Assembly (NCBI RefSeq): GCF_009914755.1
Contig: NC_060926.1
Strand: one strand, 5' to 3'
DNA length: 64,000 nucleotides
Origin: the human T2T-CHM13v2.0 reference genome, Homo sapiens
Shown here: positions 45,431 through 58,286 of the stretch, piece by piece
Position numbering within the stretch: position 1 is the first letter of the stretch
Layout: every line of letters begins with the position of its first letter
Made by a program: the position numbers and the translations under genes
The notes under the pieces: model-generated
Told to the model about the DNA's origin: nothing
Database searches by the model: none
What the model saw: the letters and a program-made list of their open reading frames with translations, nothing else

Positions 45431-45434
45431 CTTC

Positions 45435-45647
45435 CTTTTTTTTTGAGATGGAGCCTCACTCTGTTTCCCAGCTGGAATACAGTGGTGTGATCTCAGCTCA
45501 CTGCAACTTCCACCTCCTGTGTTCAAGTGATTCTGGTGCCTCAGCCTCCCAAGTAGCTGGGATTACACGCACCTGCCACCATTCCCAGCTAATTTTTTTC
45601 TTTGTATTTTGAGTAGAGACGGGGTTTCACCATGTTGGCCAGGCTAG
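45435..45647 (-). mobile_element. 5'-truncated Alu
   Basis: Right arm, linker and part of left arm. Confidence 0.88.
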
Positions 45648-45996
45648 TCTCTTTGTTGACTCTTAACCATCCTTCAGTCTCAGACAAAACATCCCTTTCT
45701 CAAGGATTGTGATTAGCTTGATTATTTGCTTATCTTTCTCCCTGCTAGTCTGTAAACTGAGGGTAGGCCACTATATTCATTGTTCTTGGCACCAAATAGA
45801 AACTAAATTAATGTCTTTTGAATGAATAGGGCTTTCTCCTTTTAAAGATCCCTTCAATACAGTAACCACACTATATATAAGTAGCCACAAGCCCATTCAA
45901 TAATACTACTAGCTCTTATAGCCCATATGTCTCTGCCTTGTCTACCACAATATCAGTAGAGACTTTGCTAAATGCAATGGTAAAAATCAAAATACA

Positions 45997-46115
45997 GGCT
46001 GGGTACGGTGGTTCATGCTTGTAATCCCAGCACTTTGGGAAGCCAAGGTGGCAGGATTGCTTGAAGCCAGGCATTTGAGACCAGCCTGGGAAACATAGAG
46101 AGACCCCATCTCTAT
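45997..46115 (+). mobile_element. Alu left monomer (FLAM-like)
   Basis: ggctgggtacggtggttcatgcttgtaatcccagc...ccccatctcta. Confidence 0.85.
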
Positions 46116-46746
46116 GAACCACACCCCCAACCCTCCCAGAAAAGAAATAAGTATGGCTGGGTTGAAGTCACCAAAGATGGCTGACTGGCTGGTCAAGTAA
46201 CTTTACCTGATGGTTTGTAGAATATTTACCTTCACCCAGGTGGGAGAATTGCTTGAGCCAACCCTCAGTGTGGATTCAGGAACTTGATTTAATTGGTATC
46301 GTGATTGTGGATTAGATTCTCAGGGATGCATTCACTAAGTAAAAGTGATAATAGCTACTTTTAAGTAAAATAATGAATGAATCAAACACTCTAAATCCAT
46401 GGTGCTATGCTAAGCTCTTTCTGTATTTTATCTCATTTGATATTACAAATATTTGATGTGTTAATAGTAATGACTATCTCCATTTTTACAAGTAAGGAAA
46501 CTGACATTGAGAGATTAAAAGACTAGCACAAATCACAAAGTAAATGAGATTTGAATCCGGTCTTGATTCCAAACTCTACAGTATTCTAAATTCAAGGAGA
46601 CTAAATTATAAGATGGAGAGCCAATTTTACTTTATAACAGGGTTAGAATGGCAGAAGAGACCTGACATTCACACCTCTAGCCAGTGCATCATCTTCCTGT
46701 AGGCAAATATGCAGGAAATCTATAATAAGAACTTCCTTTGGTGAAG

Positions 46747-46885
46747 GCCAGGTGCAGGGGCTTACACTTGTAATTCCATCACTTTGGGAGGTCAAGGTGG
46801 GAGGGTCGCTTGATGACAGGAGTTTGAGAACAGCCTGGGCAACATAGTGAGACCCTGTCTCTACAAACAAAAACAAACACAAAAC
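46747..46885 (+). mobile_element. Alu left monomer (FLAM-like) with A-rich tail
   Basis: ggccaggtgcag...gaccctgtctctacaaacaaaaac. Confidence 0.85.
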
Positions 46886-47754
46886 AACTTCAAGAAAACT
46901 CCTTTGGTATGGATCAGAACAAGATGAATTATCTATCTGATCCAAATGCTTAATGACATTAAGCCACAGTCCACTCACCGCCACAATAGAGATATACCTG
47001 CCAATGCCACTCAGGTAATCCCATCAAAAGTGGTAATGAGGTCTGCAGCATGACTTGTTCTTAGTGATCCCAGCCTGAGACCTTGAGATTGCAGCATTTT
47101 ATTCTACATATGCACAAAACATCTGTTGAAAAATCTTCTAAATTGATGCAATACATTCGTATCAAGAATACCTGTCTGTAATCTCCATAAACCCTCTCCT
47201 TTCTGTTTTAAAAAATAGTAACAGCATTTCTCCTTACATGACAAAGAAATGACTTCACCATCTACGAAATAGTGAATAGGAGCTGTGTGGAAGGAAATTA
47301 GCTCTACTTCTTGGTGGAGATGAGAAGGGAGTGTTCCTCTGAAAATCAAGGCTCTTGTCATGCTAGGAGCCAAAGTCGTTTTTTAGAGTGTGGAGAGTTG
47401 AGAAGATAAGACAGGGACCATCCACTCATGTTTTTCTTATTCCATAGGCCTCTCTCAATTGGGCAAAGCACTCCAGACCTTTTGGAAGAGTGACACCAAA
47501 GGCAAGCACCTGCTTGGCAGGCCCCTCAGCTTCTACGCAAGTATAAGTGAGTATATAAAATGGGGGTACTTGTGCTGTTGAGTACCTTATTTCCAAATGA
47601 GGCCTGCCAGTGTCCCTGTGGCTGTGAGAAGGCCTCTACTGGATAGGTGGAAGTTGTGTGTTCTCATCTTTTCTAACCCTGGATTGACTTGCCCAAAGGG
47701 AAGCCATTATTAACACTATAATAAAACCATCCTTAATCTGGGACTCTCTTCATG

Positions 47755-47880
47755 CAGTGGTTCTTAACCAGTGATAAACATGAGAGTTACTTTTGGAGCT
47801 TAAAAAAATTAAGATGCTCAAGGTCTACCCAAACTGACTGAATCTCCAGAGGTGAGGCCCAGGGATGTATACTTTTGAGC
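47755..47880. mobile_element. MER5A-like hAT-Charlie DNA transposon fragment
   Basis: cagtggttcttaacc terminus, ggagcttaaaaaaa, gaatctccagaggtgaggcccagg. Confidence 0.6.
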
Positions 47881-49959
47881 CAGACCTCAGTTTACCCTGC
47901 AGAGCTCATAAGGTTGCATAACACCCTTTGTCAGCCACTCTGATAAAAAGAAAAATTGGTGAGGAATAAGTTTTAGAGAAGAAGGAGCAAAGGTGTTCTT
48001 GGCCAGTGAGAGCCAATGACAGGGAAATGCAAACAATGTATCCACAAGAAAGGTAAATTACCCTATAGAGCATTTTAGGATAAATGAACATCTCATGCCT
48101 AGGGTTGAGAGAGGGTACAAAAAAAAAAAAAAAAAGACCACTCTGGATACACAACGCGATAAATGGAATAAAGAGTTTTTTCCTTGTAAATTAAAAAAAA
48201 TCCTTTGTTACTGAGGTATAATTTAATCTATTTTATGTATAGTTCAATGAGGTGTTATAGATAATAAATTTTTTTTGTAAATTATTGTCATATACTCATA
48301 CATTCACTTTTAAAAGTCAGAAATGTATATAACCATTAAACTTATAAATCATTCAGTCATTCAGAGATATAGATACACGAGCATATTTTATATCCACCAC
48401 AATAATTATTACCATCTCAACAATTCCATCACCCCTCAAATTTCAAGCGTAGGGGTTTTTAAATGTCAGAGGAGTCTACTCAGTGGGAGGAAGGTTAGGG
48501 AAATATCTTTTGGCTTTTTGCTTCTGTCCCTTGGGTTTAAAGGCAGGGATTTGGCTTTACTCTCATTGATTTGGAACTTGATATATAGGACTGTAAGAAA
48601 AGAAATAGACTGTAACAAGTTCTGTGCTAAGACTGTTGAGTCTCACCATGGTGACTCTCTTACTGTTTAGGCAATGAGGGAGGTGGGGCAGACCATAAGG
48701 ATAGCTGGCCTGGGAGAATAACGCTCCAAGGCCATTTCTACAATGATTCCATATTTCACTGTTAATCAGAGACTGAGCAGCTATTATACTTTTTAAGATT
48801 TCTTGAATTTGTGTTGCTTGCTCAGTGTTTTGTATTTCCTTATTTCTTAAAATATATTAATATAAAAATAATTCTTTAATATTTCTTAAAACAAAAGGAC
48901 ATTGAGGAATCAAGTCTTACTTAGTCTTGCTCTAGCCAGACTTGGGCTAAGGAAACCCTAGGAAAGTCGTGGCTGCTAGAAAGAACAGGATGAGACAAAT
49001 GAGAGACCAGTTCTCTGTGGTGCTCTGTATCAGTTAAGCTAGATTTGACTGCAAGTCATAGCAAACCCAGTGAAATGGCTTAATAACAGTAGCATTTCTT
49101 GTTTTCTTAAAATCTGGAGGTAGGTTCTCGGTGTAACAATGTTGTCAGAGATGCTGGCTCTTTTTTTCCTTCCACTCTGCATTCTTCATTGTGTGGCTCT
49201 GACTTCCCAGTCGTTGCAAGTTGCTGACCACAGTTCTAAGCTTCACTTCCTCATAGAACATATCTCATTCAAGGAAGAAGGAAGATAAAGGACCATCTAT
49301 ATGGCTCTTTATTTTATCAAGGTAGAAAATCTTTTCCAGAAGTTGTTTCCAGATCGACATCTCATTTGATAGGATTAAGTCAACGTGACTTAGTCATGTA
49401 AGAATAGAATGAACATAATCTTAAACCAATTGGATTCATCAATTGGGGAAGGGCATGTTGACTTCTCAGTGAAATCAGGGTTCTGTCAGTAAGGAAGAAG
49501 AAGAGATGGCAATTGCATGGACAAACAACAGTGTTCACCATATACTTCTCTTCTCCCTTTGACATCACTTTTAGGATTTTATCTACTACATACCTACTGA
49601 TGTCTTTCATATCTATATACAGTTATTTTTCTGAGTTCCAGATAGGTTATCATCTCCCCATTGTACATCTGCAATTGAGTGTCCTTCTAGTAGCTCAAAT
49701 TACATGCCTAAAATTTTACTCATCATTCATCCTGGAATGGAGAAGACCTCCATATTTCTACCAAAAATATGGTTAAGATGCTGCCACTCATCCAGTCTCC
49801 AGTACCAAGAAACAGGGTCATCTTAGACTACTCCTTACCCAAATCTACCACACCTAATTCCAAGATCCCTTGATTTTAACCTTGATTTTCCAACTAAATA
49901 TATCTTGCATCCATGCTTTGATCTATTAGTTGTTCTTTTAAAATTCTCTTTTATATATT

Positions 49960-50280
49960 TTTTAACATTTTTAAAAATTTATCTTTTGAGACTGGGTCTC
50001 ACTCTGTTGCCCAGGTTGGGGTGCAATGGTGTGATTATGGCTCACTGCAGCCTCCATCTCCCAGGCTCAAGTGATCCTCCCACCTCAAGCTTCCCGAGTA
50101 GCTGGGACTACAGGTGTGTACTACCATGTCCAGCTCATTTTTTAATTTTTCATTTTTTTCTGTAGAGATGAGATCTCACTATGTTGCCTAGGCTGGTCTT
50201 GAACTCCTGACCTCAAGTGATCTTCCCACCTTGGCCTCCCAAAGTGCTGGGATTACAGGTCTGAGCCACCGTGCCTGGCC
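49960..50280 (-). mobile_element. Alu (AluJ-like)
   Basis: Antisense Alu; flanking tattagttgtt duplication. Confidence 0.92.
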
Positions 50281-50581
50281 TATTAGTTGTTTTTAATGTA
50301 GCTCTGTATGTGTGAGTTTGTATAAAGATGGGAACACATGTTTTGTGTATGTGTAATATGAGCTTTAAGTGAACCCGGAAATATTATCATTCTTAATGCC
50401 ATTTATGCATACTGGCAGCTAACAAAGAGGAGAAAAAAATATAAAATCTTGGTTTGATTTTATAAAGTAACACTAAATACAATTATTTATGTAAACATTT
50501 ACCATTTGTCCCTAATTACCATGCAGTAAAATAATGATTAAGGCAATGAATAACTATGTGTCAGAGAATTTTGTTGCAAGC

Positions 50582-50587
50582 TTTATT
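50582..50587 (-). terminator. IL1A: IL1A poly(A) signal AATAAA
   Basis: tttatt on + strand, about 1.13 kb after the stop codon. Confidence 0.85.
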
Positions 50588-51044
50588 TAGTTATGACTGA
50601 TAACACTCTATCAATCACTATTGTTGATAATAATGTAACATTATGGTCTGATCACAATTTTTAGAACCTAGAAGAAACATTGATTACATTCCAGAAAAGA
50701 AAGTTTTGATAACAGTGGTCTCATGGTTGTCAAAGTTGAGTTCATCTAATTTTAGCTTGTAGGACTTGATTGCAGGTGGAATTGAATGAAACAAGAATGC
50801 CCAGGTAAGTTTAATGGCAAAAGAGTCAAAGATCGGACCAATTACTGGCTCAAGGTAATTAATGTACATTTATTATATGATTACAGGTCTCCCAAGTACT
50901 AGAATGCAGAGTTTCCTGGCTATGGGATAAGCACAACTTGGACCAAAATGCCCTGTATTAATGAAATCAAACTTACTTATCCCAGAAAACACTGTCTGCT
51001 ATTGTGGAGGATGCCTGGTCACACTCAGAGGATGAAGGGGTTCC

Positions 51045-51118
51045 CATAAATATAGTATATTATAATTATCTTAAATATATTTATAAATACATATATAAAT
51101 AATAATTAAAAAATAACA
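51045..51118 (-). promoter_or_regulatory. IL1A: AU-rich element cluster in the IL1A 3'UTR
   Basis: Almost pure A/T tract with several ATTTA motifs on the mRNA strand. Confidence 0.85.
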
Positions 51119-51714
51119 TTTCGTGCTTTGCCTTCATCTTGAGGCTCGGCTTCGAGAAGTATTTTACCAAAATGACCTCCCTGATTAGCATAAAAAACTG
51201 TTGCGGCAGGAAGGCTTAGGTATTATTCCCTCCATTTTGAAAATGATAAAACTGAGGTCCCAGAAACTTATGCTATTTGATTAAGAGTTCATCAGCAACT
51301 TAAAAGCAGAAGGCAAACAGTTGAAATGAAATCATGAAATCCTAGGTCTGTGGCTTCTTGTTTCAACTGCTATTGTGCATATTTCTTAGTTTTCTTATGC
51401 CTTAATTTGCCCATCTGTAATATGGGTAGAGTCTTTTTGGTAGCCATAGTCAGTAGCTCTGGTCCTCCTAAAATTGTTATGAAGAATAATAATTAAAATG
51501 ATTGGTACTATGCAAAATATAGGGTGTTCTTTAAATAACAACATTATATGTTAGTGTTGGTTCCACTCTTACAAAGAGTGTAAACATTCATTTAGAATTA
51601 CAAGGCTCAGTACATGCTCAGCAAATGACTAACAGTAAAGGATTTAGCTTCTTCATGTACATGGTACATATGAACTGTCAACACTGCACAAGTGAGACAA
51701 GTGAGACTCCAGAC

Positions 51715-51915
51715 CTACGCCTGGTTTTCCAGTATCTGAAAGTCAGTGATAGAGGGTGGCCCCCCTGCCAAGCACACCCAGTAGTCTTGCTTTGTGGCAA
51801 TAAACAAGTTTGGATGGGCAACTGATGTGAAATAGTTCTTAGTGCCGTGAGTTTCCCAGAAGAAGAGGAGGTTGGTCTCACTACCTGTGATGGTTTTGGG
51901 TATCTCAGGCATCTC
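51715..51915 (-). CDS. IL1A: IL1A exon 7 coding part ([20 protein letters not shown]...FQILENQA*)
   Basis: Interleukin-1 alpha C-terminus, TAG stop. Confidence 0.98.
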
Positions 51916-52398
51916 CTATGAAGAAAAGAAGAGAATTCTGTTAGAGAACAAGATGTTAGAAAAAGGACTGAAGCTCAATCCCTTAGCATTTGGCCTTCAT
52001 GAGAAACAGCACTTTAGGACTATGGCTGTAACATGATGCTATAGGCTCTTCATTCATTTGTTCATTCAGCAAGCATTTATTACATGCCTAGTAGATGTGT
52101 GGCCCAGTCTATTAATAAGAGTTGATTTCCTTAGTTGATTGGAGAGAGATCTAAATTAGTTATGAAGATTGTCAGTGACACTAGTATCTTACTGTATCCA
52201 GGCAGGTAGGAGGGAAACATTGTTTCTGTCCTGCCTTCAACATAGGCCTAAGACATTTTGCATCAAATCTGAGCACTACAGTGATTCTAAGCCCCCTAAA
52301 CATTTTGATCTCCAAGTGAACAAATCATACCTTTGGGAAATCAATTTAGCATTTAGATGACATTTATCTCAGTATTTAAGTCAACAATTGAAGGTTAA

Positions 52399-52434
52399 AC
52401 ACACACACACACATACACACACACACATACACAC
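52399..52434. repeat. Interrupted (CA)n microsatellite, IL1A intron 6
   Basis: Directly visible. Confidence 0.9.
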
Positions 52435-53064
52435 AAAATTCCTAAGTATATCAGTAAACTCTTTCAATATACTCTTTAGAATGTACTTTTCTTGTGAGTA
52501 TGAGTAGAATTTAACAATACTTTTATGGAAAAATAGATTTCAAATTCCAAGTTGAGATGCTTCTTTCCTATTCTTTTAAATCTAAAGCAAGTAAATATAC
52601 TTTTGAGGCTTCCTTGGGGTTTCCAATGTCAGCAGGATTTATTTCCCAAACCTATTCCTCTCCTACTTTTTCCCTTCTCAGTAAATGTTGTTTCTCCTCT
52701 TCCTTCTGTTGGTTCTATCTCCAAAATATAACCCAATTCTGTCTGTTTCTTTCCACTTCTTTTCCTTACCCCACCCCCATGACTGCTGTGAAACCTCCTC
52801 ATTGGACTTTCTGCTTCTCTATTGCCTTCCTTCTGATCTGTTTTCTATTTTAGGAAATATAAGTGAGGTCAGGCCATTGCACTGTGTGAAACCCATTAAT
52901 GGGTTTTCATTGTACCTCAAATGAAATCCAAATGCAAGCTCTGCAAGCACTAGTCTCTGCATATTTTTCCTCCTTCTCAAAATGCCCCAGTTCCAAGAAT
53001 GCTTCTTCTGATCCTTGGAGCTGTCCTTTACCATCTTGAAGTTGTAGGCCTGGGTGCATTCAGA

Positions 53065-53479
53065 CTCCTCTGAATGTCCCAAAAACCCACAACCACGACC
53101 CGCCCCCTCCTCTGAATGTCCTACCCAAAAACCCACAACCACGACCCGCCCCCTCCTCTGAATGTCCTACCCAAAAACCCACAACCACGACCCGCCCCCT
53201 CCTCTGAATGTCCTACCCAAAAACCCACAACCACGACCCGCCCCCTCCTCTGAATGTCCTACCCAAAAACCCACAACCACGACCCGCCCCCTCCTCTGAA
53301 TGTCCTACCCAAAAACCCACAACCACGACCCGCCCCCTCCTCTGAATGTCCTACCCAAAAACCCACAACCACGACCCGCCCCCTCCTCTGAATGTCCTAC
53401 CCAAAAACCCACAACCACGACCCGCCCCCTCCTCTGAATGTCCTACCCAAAAACCCACAACCATGACCCGCCCCCTCCT
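53065..53479. repeat. IL1A intron-6 46-bp VNTR, 9 copies (one edge copy is 42 bp)
   Basis: tgaatgt anchor at 53071, 53113, 53159, 53205, 53251, 53297, 53343, 53389 and 53435; each unit has a GC box. Confidence 0.97.
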
Positions 53480-54450
53480 GTCGGCAGCTCTCATCTCACA
53501 AGGGGCTTTGTTTTTACCACTTTGTCTAAATAGCACTCTCCCACTTTTCTCTATCTTAGCACCCTATTCATTTTTTTTTTTTTTGCAGCATCTTGCTCTT
53601 TTGTTGGTTGTTTGGGTTGTCTGTTTTCCATATCCTCCAGAAGACTAAGTTCTATGAGACTAGAGGCTTTGATGCACCACTGTCCACACTGCTGTTGGCA
53701 CTATGCCTGAAAAATACAAGGCTCTCAGTGAATAATGCTTGTTGAATGAGTTCATGAATGAAGCTACTGCCCTACTCTGTAGACATCACTTGATCCAGGT
53801 AGAAAAGCACAGGCAGGCACATAAATTCTACTTGGGAATAGAAGGTCTTGGATTATATACTTACAAATTGAGTCACCTACTTATCAGTGGAGAAAACATC
53901 TAAGGCTGTTGTGTGTGTGTGTGTTTGAGGGGGAAAGTGGTAGTGGAGACAGGACTGGGACGAAGGATAATGCTGACATCAATGCAGAGAGAGGGGAACT
54001 GGAAGCAGCAGGCCCCATTTTGGGACTTGGCTCCCAGCTTGTTGCTTTGTGCCCATTGGCAGGTGATTAATCCTCTCTGATCTCAGTTGGCTTATTTGAG
54101 TTTCTTGGAGGCAGGCCACATTGTCCTAATGTCTAGTATTGTGTAGGTCAGATAATAGATGTCAGTAAAGATCAATGGAATAAATGGATGCTCTGGGATG
54201 GGAGGTGAATAAGGTCAGGCAGGGAAAGGAAAAAGAAAGAAGGTAATTTTCCTCTTACTCTCTGTTATATTTTCTCATAGATCCTGCCTAGGCACGCCTC
54301 TGGAATCAATGGGAGTGGGGTGGGTAGGTGGGGGCTGTGGTAGGAAGGAAAGAGGACAGTGTCACCTTGTTAGAGGTGTCTGCCTATTGGGCTTATTTAC
54401 AAACATATGAGATGTAAATGAAGGTAAGTTGGAGACAAAGGACAACTGAC

Positions 54451-54575
54451 CTTCAGCAGCACTGGTTGGTCTTCATCTTGGGCAGTCACATACAATTGAG
54501 TTTTTGAGATTCTTAGAATCACGGTAATTTTAGCATCATCCTTTGATGACTTATAAGCACCCATGTCAAATTTCA
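54451..54575 (-). CDS. IL1A: IL1A exon 6 ([16 protein letters not shown]...PVLLK)
   Basis: 125 nt, AG/GT boundaries. Confidence 0.98.
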
Positions 54576-54656
54576 CTGGTGAAGAGAAGAACCAAAAAGA
54601 AAGTAAATTCATTGTATTTGTATAAAATCAAGTGTTGATGTAGATTGTGTGTGCAT

Positions 54657-54657
<1 letters not shown>

Positions 54658-54695
<38 letters not shown>
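54658..54695. repeat. (TG)n microsatellite, IL1A intron 5
   Basis: Directly visible. Confidence 0.97.
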
Positions 54696-54697
<2 letters not shown>

Positions 54698-55957
54698 TTA
54701 GGTCCCCACCTATGGTGTAAATACCTGGAAGTCAGGAATGGAATTCTATACATCTTTGTGTCCTTCACAATGTCTTCCACACTCACTAGGCAGGTAAATA
54801 CTTGGTTAATGTTCTTAGAATTTTCTACGTTGAATGAATCCTTCGGGGCTGAATAAGTGTTGAATCTCTTATAATTTCATTAGTGGGATAAGACCCTGTA
54901 ATTTGTTAGATCATAAGTTCATAATGACCTAACATGGAGGGGTTTAGGAAGCTGATACACTCATATGTTGCTAGTGATACTGAAAAGTAGTTCAGTTTTT
55001 ACTTACAGAATAATGTTTAATAAGAGCTGTCAAATTATTTGTGCCCATTGATCTAGGCATTCCTCTTTGGGATGTGCTCAAAGAAATTACAAGATAGGAG
55101 AAAAAACAATAATATATACAAAGATATTTGCAATCAAGCTATTTAGAGTAAACCCAAGGGACCAACGTAGCAACCTGATTGAATTGTCTAGTGATATTAA
55201 AAATGGCAAATACATACACGATGTCAATATTGGGAAAATTGCAGAAATAATATTAAGTAGAAAAATAGAACACAAAATAATTTGTAAATGTAGAGTTGAA
55301 AGCATGTTAGCTGAAGTGCATCCAATCAGAAAAAGTCTTGCTTGTTTATTGCAAAATTGCCTCTCTGGACCTTTGAAAATATGTATACTGTTGAAACTAA
55401 AACATGTCCGCCATGAAAATTGGATGTGTGTGATAAAAGTTTTTGGACACTAAACTTCATCCTTTAAGCCATATTTGTAGCTTATTGGAGGTTTTGCCTC
55501 ACAAATATGTTATCAGAGATAATAAAGATCTTCCTGGTTTGGTGTTACTTGTGAGTTTGATCAACAGACTTTTTAAAGGAGAGTGATTGTTCTTCATTGG
55601 CTTCTGGGTAAATCTGAGTAAATCATTTAATATGTCTGACAGTTTCCTCAGTTTTAAAATTGAGGGTAAGAATGTCTGAAAGAACCAAAGAGGTAGTACA
55701 TCAGCTAGCTTTGTGCACAACCCTTTACTCTCAAAGATAGGAAACTTCTCTCTTGTGGAACTTCCAGATTTAGTTGAACCTTCTGCCCTGGCTTGGGATT
55801 TTTATGGGGGTGCTGTGCTTCAAGCTATTCTGGAAGAATTGTGCAACCCAGAACTCTGAAGAGGTATGTTTTTTGCAAGCAGAAAGATTGAAATAAATAA
55901 ATAAGTAAATGAAAGGAGGGGAGGATGACAGAAATGTCTGGTGCCATTTTAATGTAC

Positions 55958-56128
55958 CTGCTTCATCCAGATTATGTAATGCAGCAGCCGTGAGGTACTG
56001 ATCATTGGCTCGAATTATACTTTGATTGAGGGCGTCATTCAGGATGAATTCGTATTTGATGATCCTCATAAAGTTGTATTTCACATTGCTCAGGAAGCTA
56101 AAAGGTGATGACCTAGGCTTGATGATTT
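55958..56128 (-). CDS. IL1A: IL1A exon 5 ([20 protein letters not shown]...LDEA), precursor cleavage region
   Basis: 171 nt, AG/GT boundaries. Confidence 0.98.
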
Positions 56129-57100
56129 CTAAAACCATGATCACAAGTGCAGATTAATGTCTATGTACAAACACAGATGATATACACAGTCTAGTACAAA
56201 CAGGGAAAATAGTTCTGGAGGGGGTATTAGGAATATTCCAATCCAGATGAGGAAGCAAAGAGAAGTGAAATCACCCAGTCAGCAGAACTGGTTTTCTAGG
56301 ATTATCCTTGTTGTTGCTTATGTGCTTCTTTTTAAACTTCAATTCCTCAGGCAATAGTTTCATTGTTTTTAGAGACTATTTGTGCAACTTTTTCATTTTT
56401 CATTGTTTGGGTGTTTCTAACTGACAAGGAAGACTACCAGTATTTCCCGTCTATGTTTTCAAACGAATGCACTCTGAGAAAAAAATGAATGCATTAAAAA
56501 TAATTATATATGTCACAGAGAGTGCAAAGTGGCACATATCAATAGCGTCACAAATCCTCATGGCTCTGGGAAATTCTACTTCTAGGAATATATTCTAAGG
56601 AAATAAAGGGTGAGAGAAATGAATATTTATTTATACAGATGTTCATTGTTGCATTGCTTATAATGGTGAAAAACGGGCACTCTAAAATGTCCTCAATACA
56701 TTGCTAAGTAAGAAAAGCTGGATATAAAGTTGTAAATAGTGTGGTCTTGATGTTAGACATATTTGTTCACATGTAGGTATGTGTATAGCAAAGATTTTAA
56801 GGAAACATACCATAGTGCTGGCAGTAGTAAACTCTCACTGACGATATGAGTGATTTTTATTTTCTTATATTTTGTTACATTTTAAAACCTTCTAGGTGAA
56901 CATGCGTTATTGCTTAGGTATTATCTTAAAAACAGGAATATTGGGTTTATAGTTCATGTGGAGGCTTGTACAGTAAAGGGATGGAGGAGAAACCATGATT
57001 TTTTTACTCAGGTAGAACTGAATTAGATTTGAGGCTCTCCCACTTACAGATGTATGCCATTGGGCAGTTTACCTATCTCAATGAGCTTAGTTTCCTTTTA

Positions 57101-57527
<427 letters not shown>

Positions 57528-57615
57528 TTATTGGGTGCTTACTTTGTACCAGACATTATTCTAGTCCAGAAGTTAGGGGATGTTGACTCATTTAATCTTT
57601 ATAACAGTCAGGAGG

Positions 57616-57656
57616 GCCCAGCTAGCTCAGTCTGTAAAGCCTGAGACTCTTAATCT
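57616..57656 (+). pseudogene. 5'-half tRNA-Lys(CTT) retrocopy (tailless)
   Basis: gcccagctagctcagtctgtaaagcctgagactcttaatct; 37/41 identity to the tRNA-Lys-CTT 5' end as recalled (GCCCGGCTAGCTCAGTCGGTAGAGCATGAGACTCTTAATCT). Confidence 0.85.
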
Positions 57657-58063
57657 TTACAACAATCCAATGAGTGGGGGATTCTGATTATCTCCATTTT
57701 ACAGTAGAGGAAACTGAATCACGAAAAGATTATGTAACATGACCAAGGAGGCATAGTTAGTATGAGAGGAACATAGCTCGTAAGTGGTCTTATTACTGCT
57801 TTCTCCTGAAAGGCTAAAAGTCACACGACCTTTACAATATGGCTAAGAAATAATGGCTGTGAGCAAGTATTCTCGATTCAGGCCACTGCTCATTTCTCCC
57901 TCCTGGAGAAGGATAAAAATTAATTTTCCTCTGTATAGTTACCAGACTAATGCTTGGTTGTCTTCTTGTTATTCTGACTCCACGTTTAATTTTCCCCTAA
58001 ATTCTACTGTCCCTACTTGCTTAAAACTGTAAAAGAAAGATATTATTGTGCTTGACCCCTTAC

Positions 58064-58286
58064 CTTCCTCTGAGTCATTGGCGATGGCCTCCAGGTCATC
58101 ATCAGTGATGGATTGGCTTAAACTCAACCGTCTCTTCTTCAGAACCTTCCCGTTGGTTGCTACTACCACCATGCTCTCCTTGAAGGTAAGCTTGGATGTT
58201 TTAGAGGTTTCAGAGATACTCAGAGACACAGATTGATCCATGCAGCCTTCATGGAGTGGGCCATAGCTTACATGATAGAAGGATTT
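58064..58286 (-). CDS. IL1A: IL1A exon 4 (propiece, NLS KVLKKRR)
   Basis: 223 nt, AG/GT boundaries. Confidence 0.98.

Noticed and set aside
52819-53648. ORFs overlapping the IL1A VNTR
   Set aside because: Low-complexity read-through of the 46-bp repeat.
55067-55453. 128-aa ORF antisense in IL1A intron 5
   Set aside because: A-rich degenerate L1-like sequence with a non-ATG start and no domain similarity.
57616-57656. Functional tRNA gene
   Set aside because: Only the 5' 41 nt are present, with no T-arm/B-box or 3' acceptor strand; reported as a retrocopy instead.
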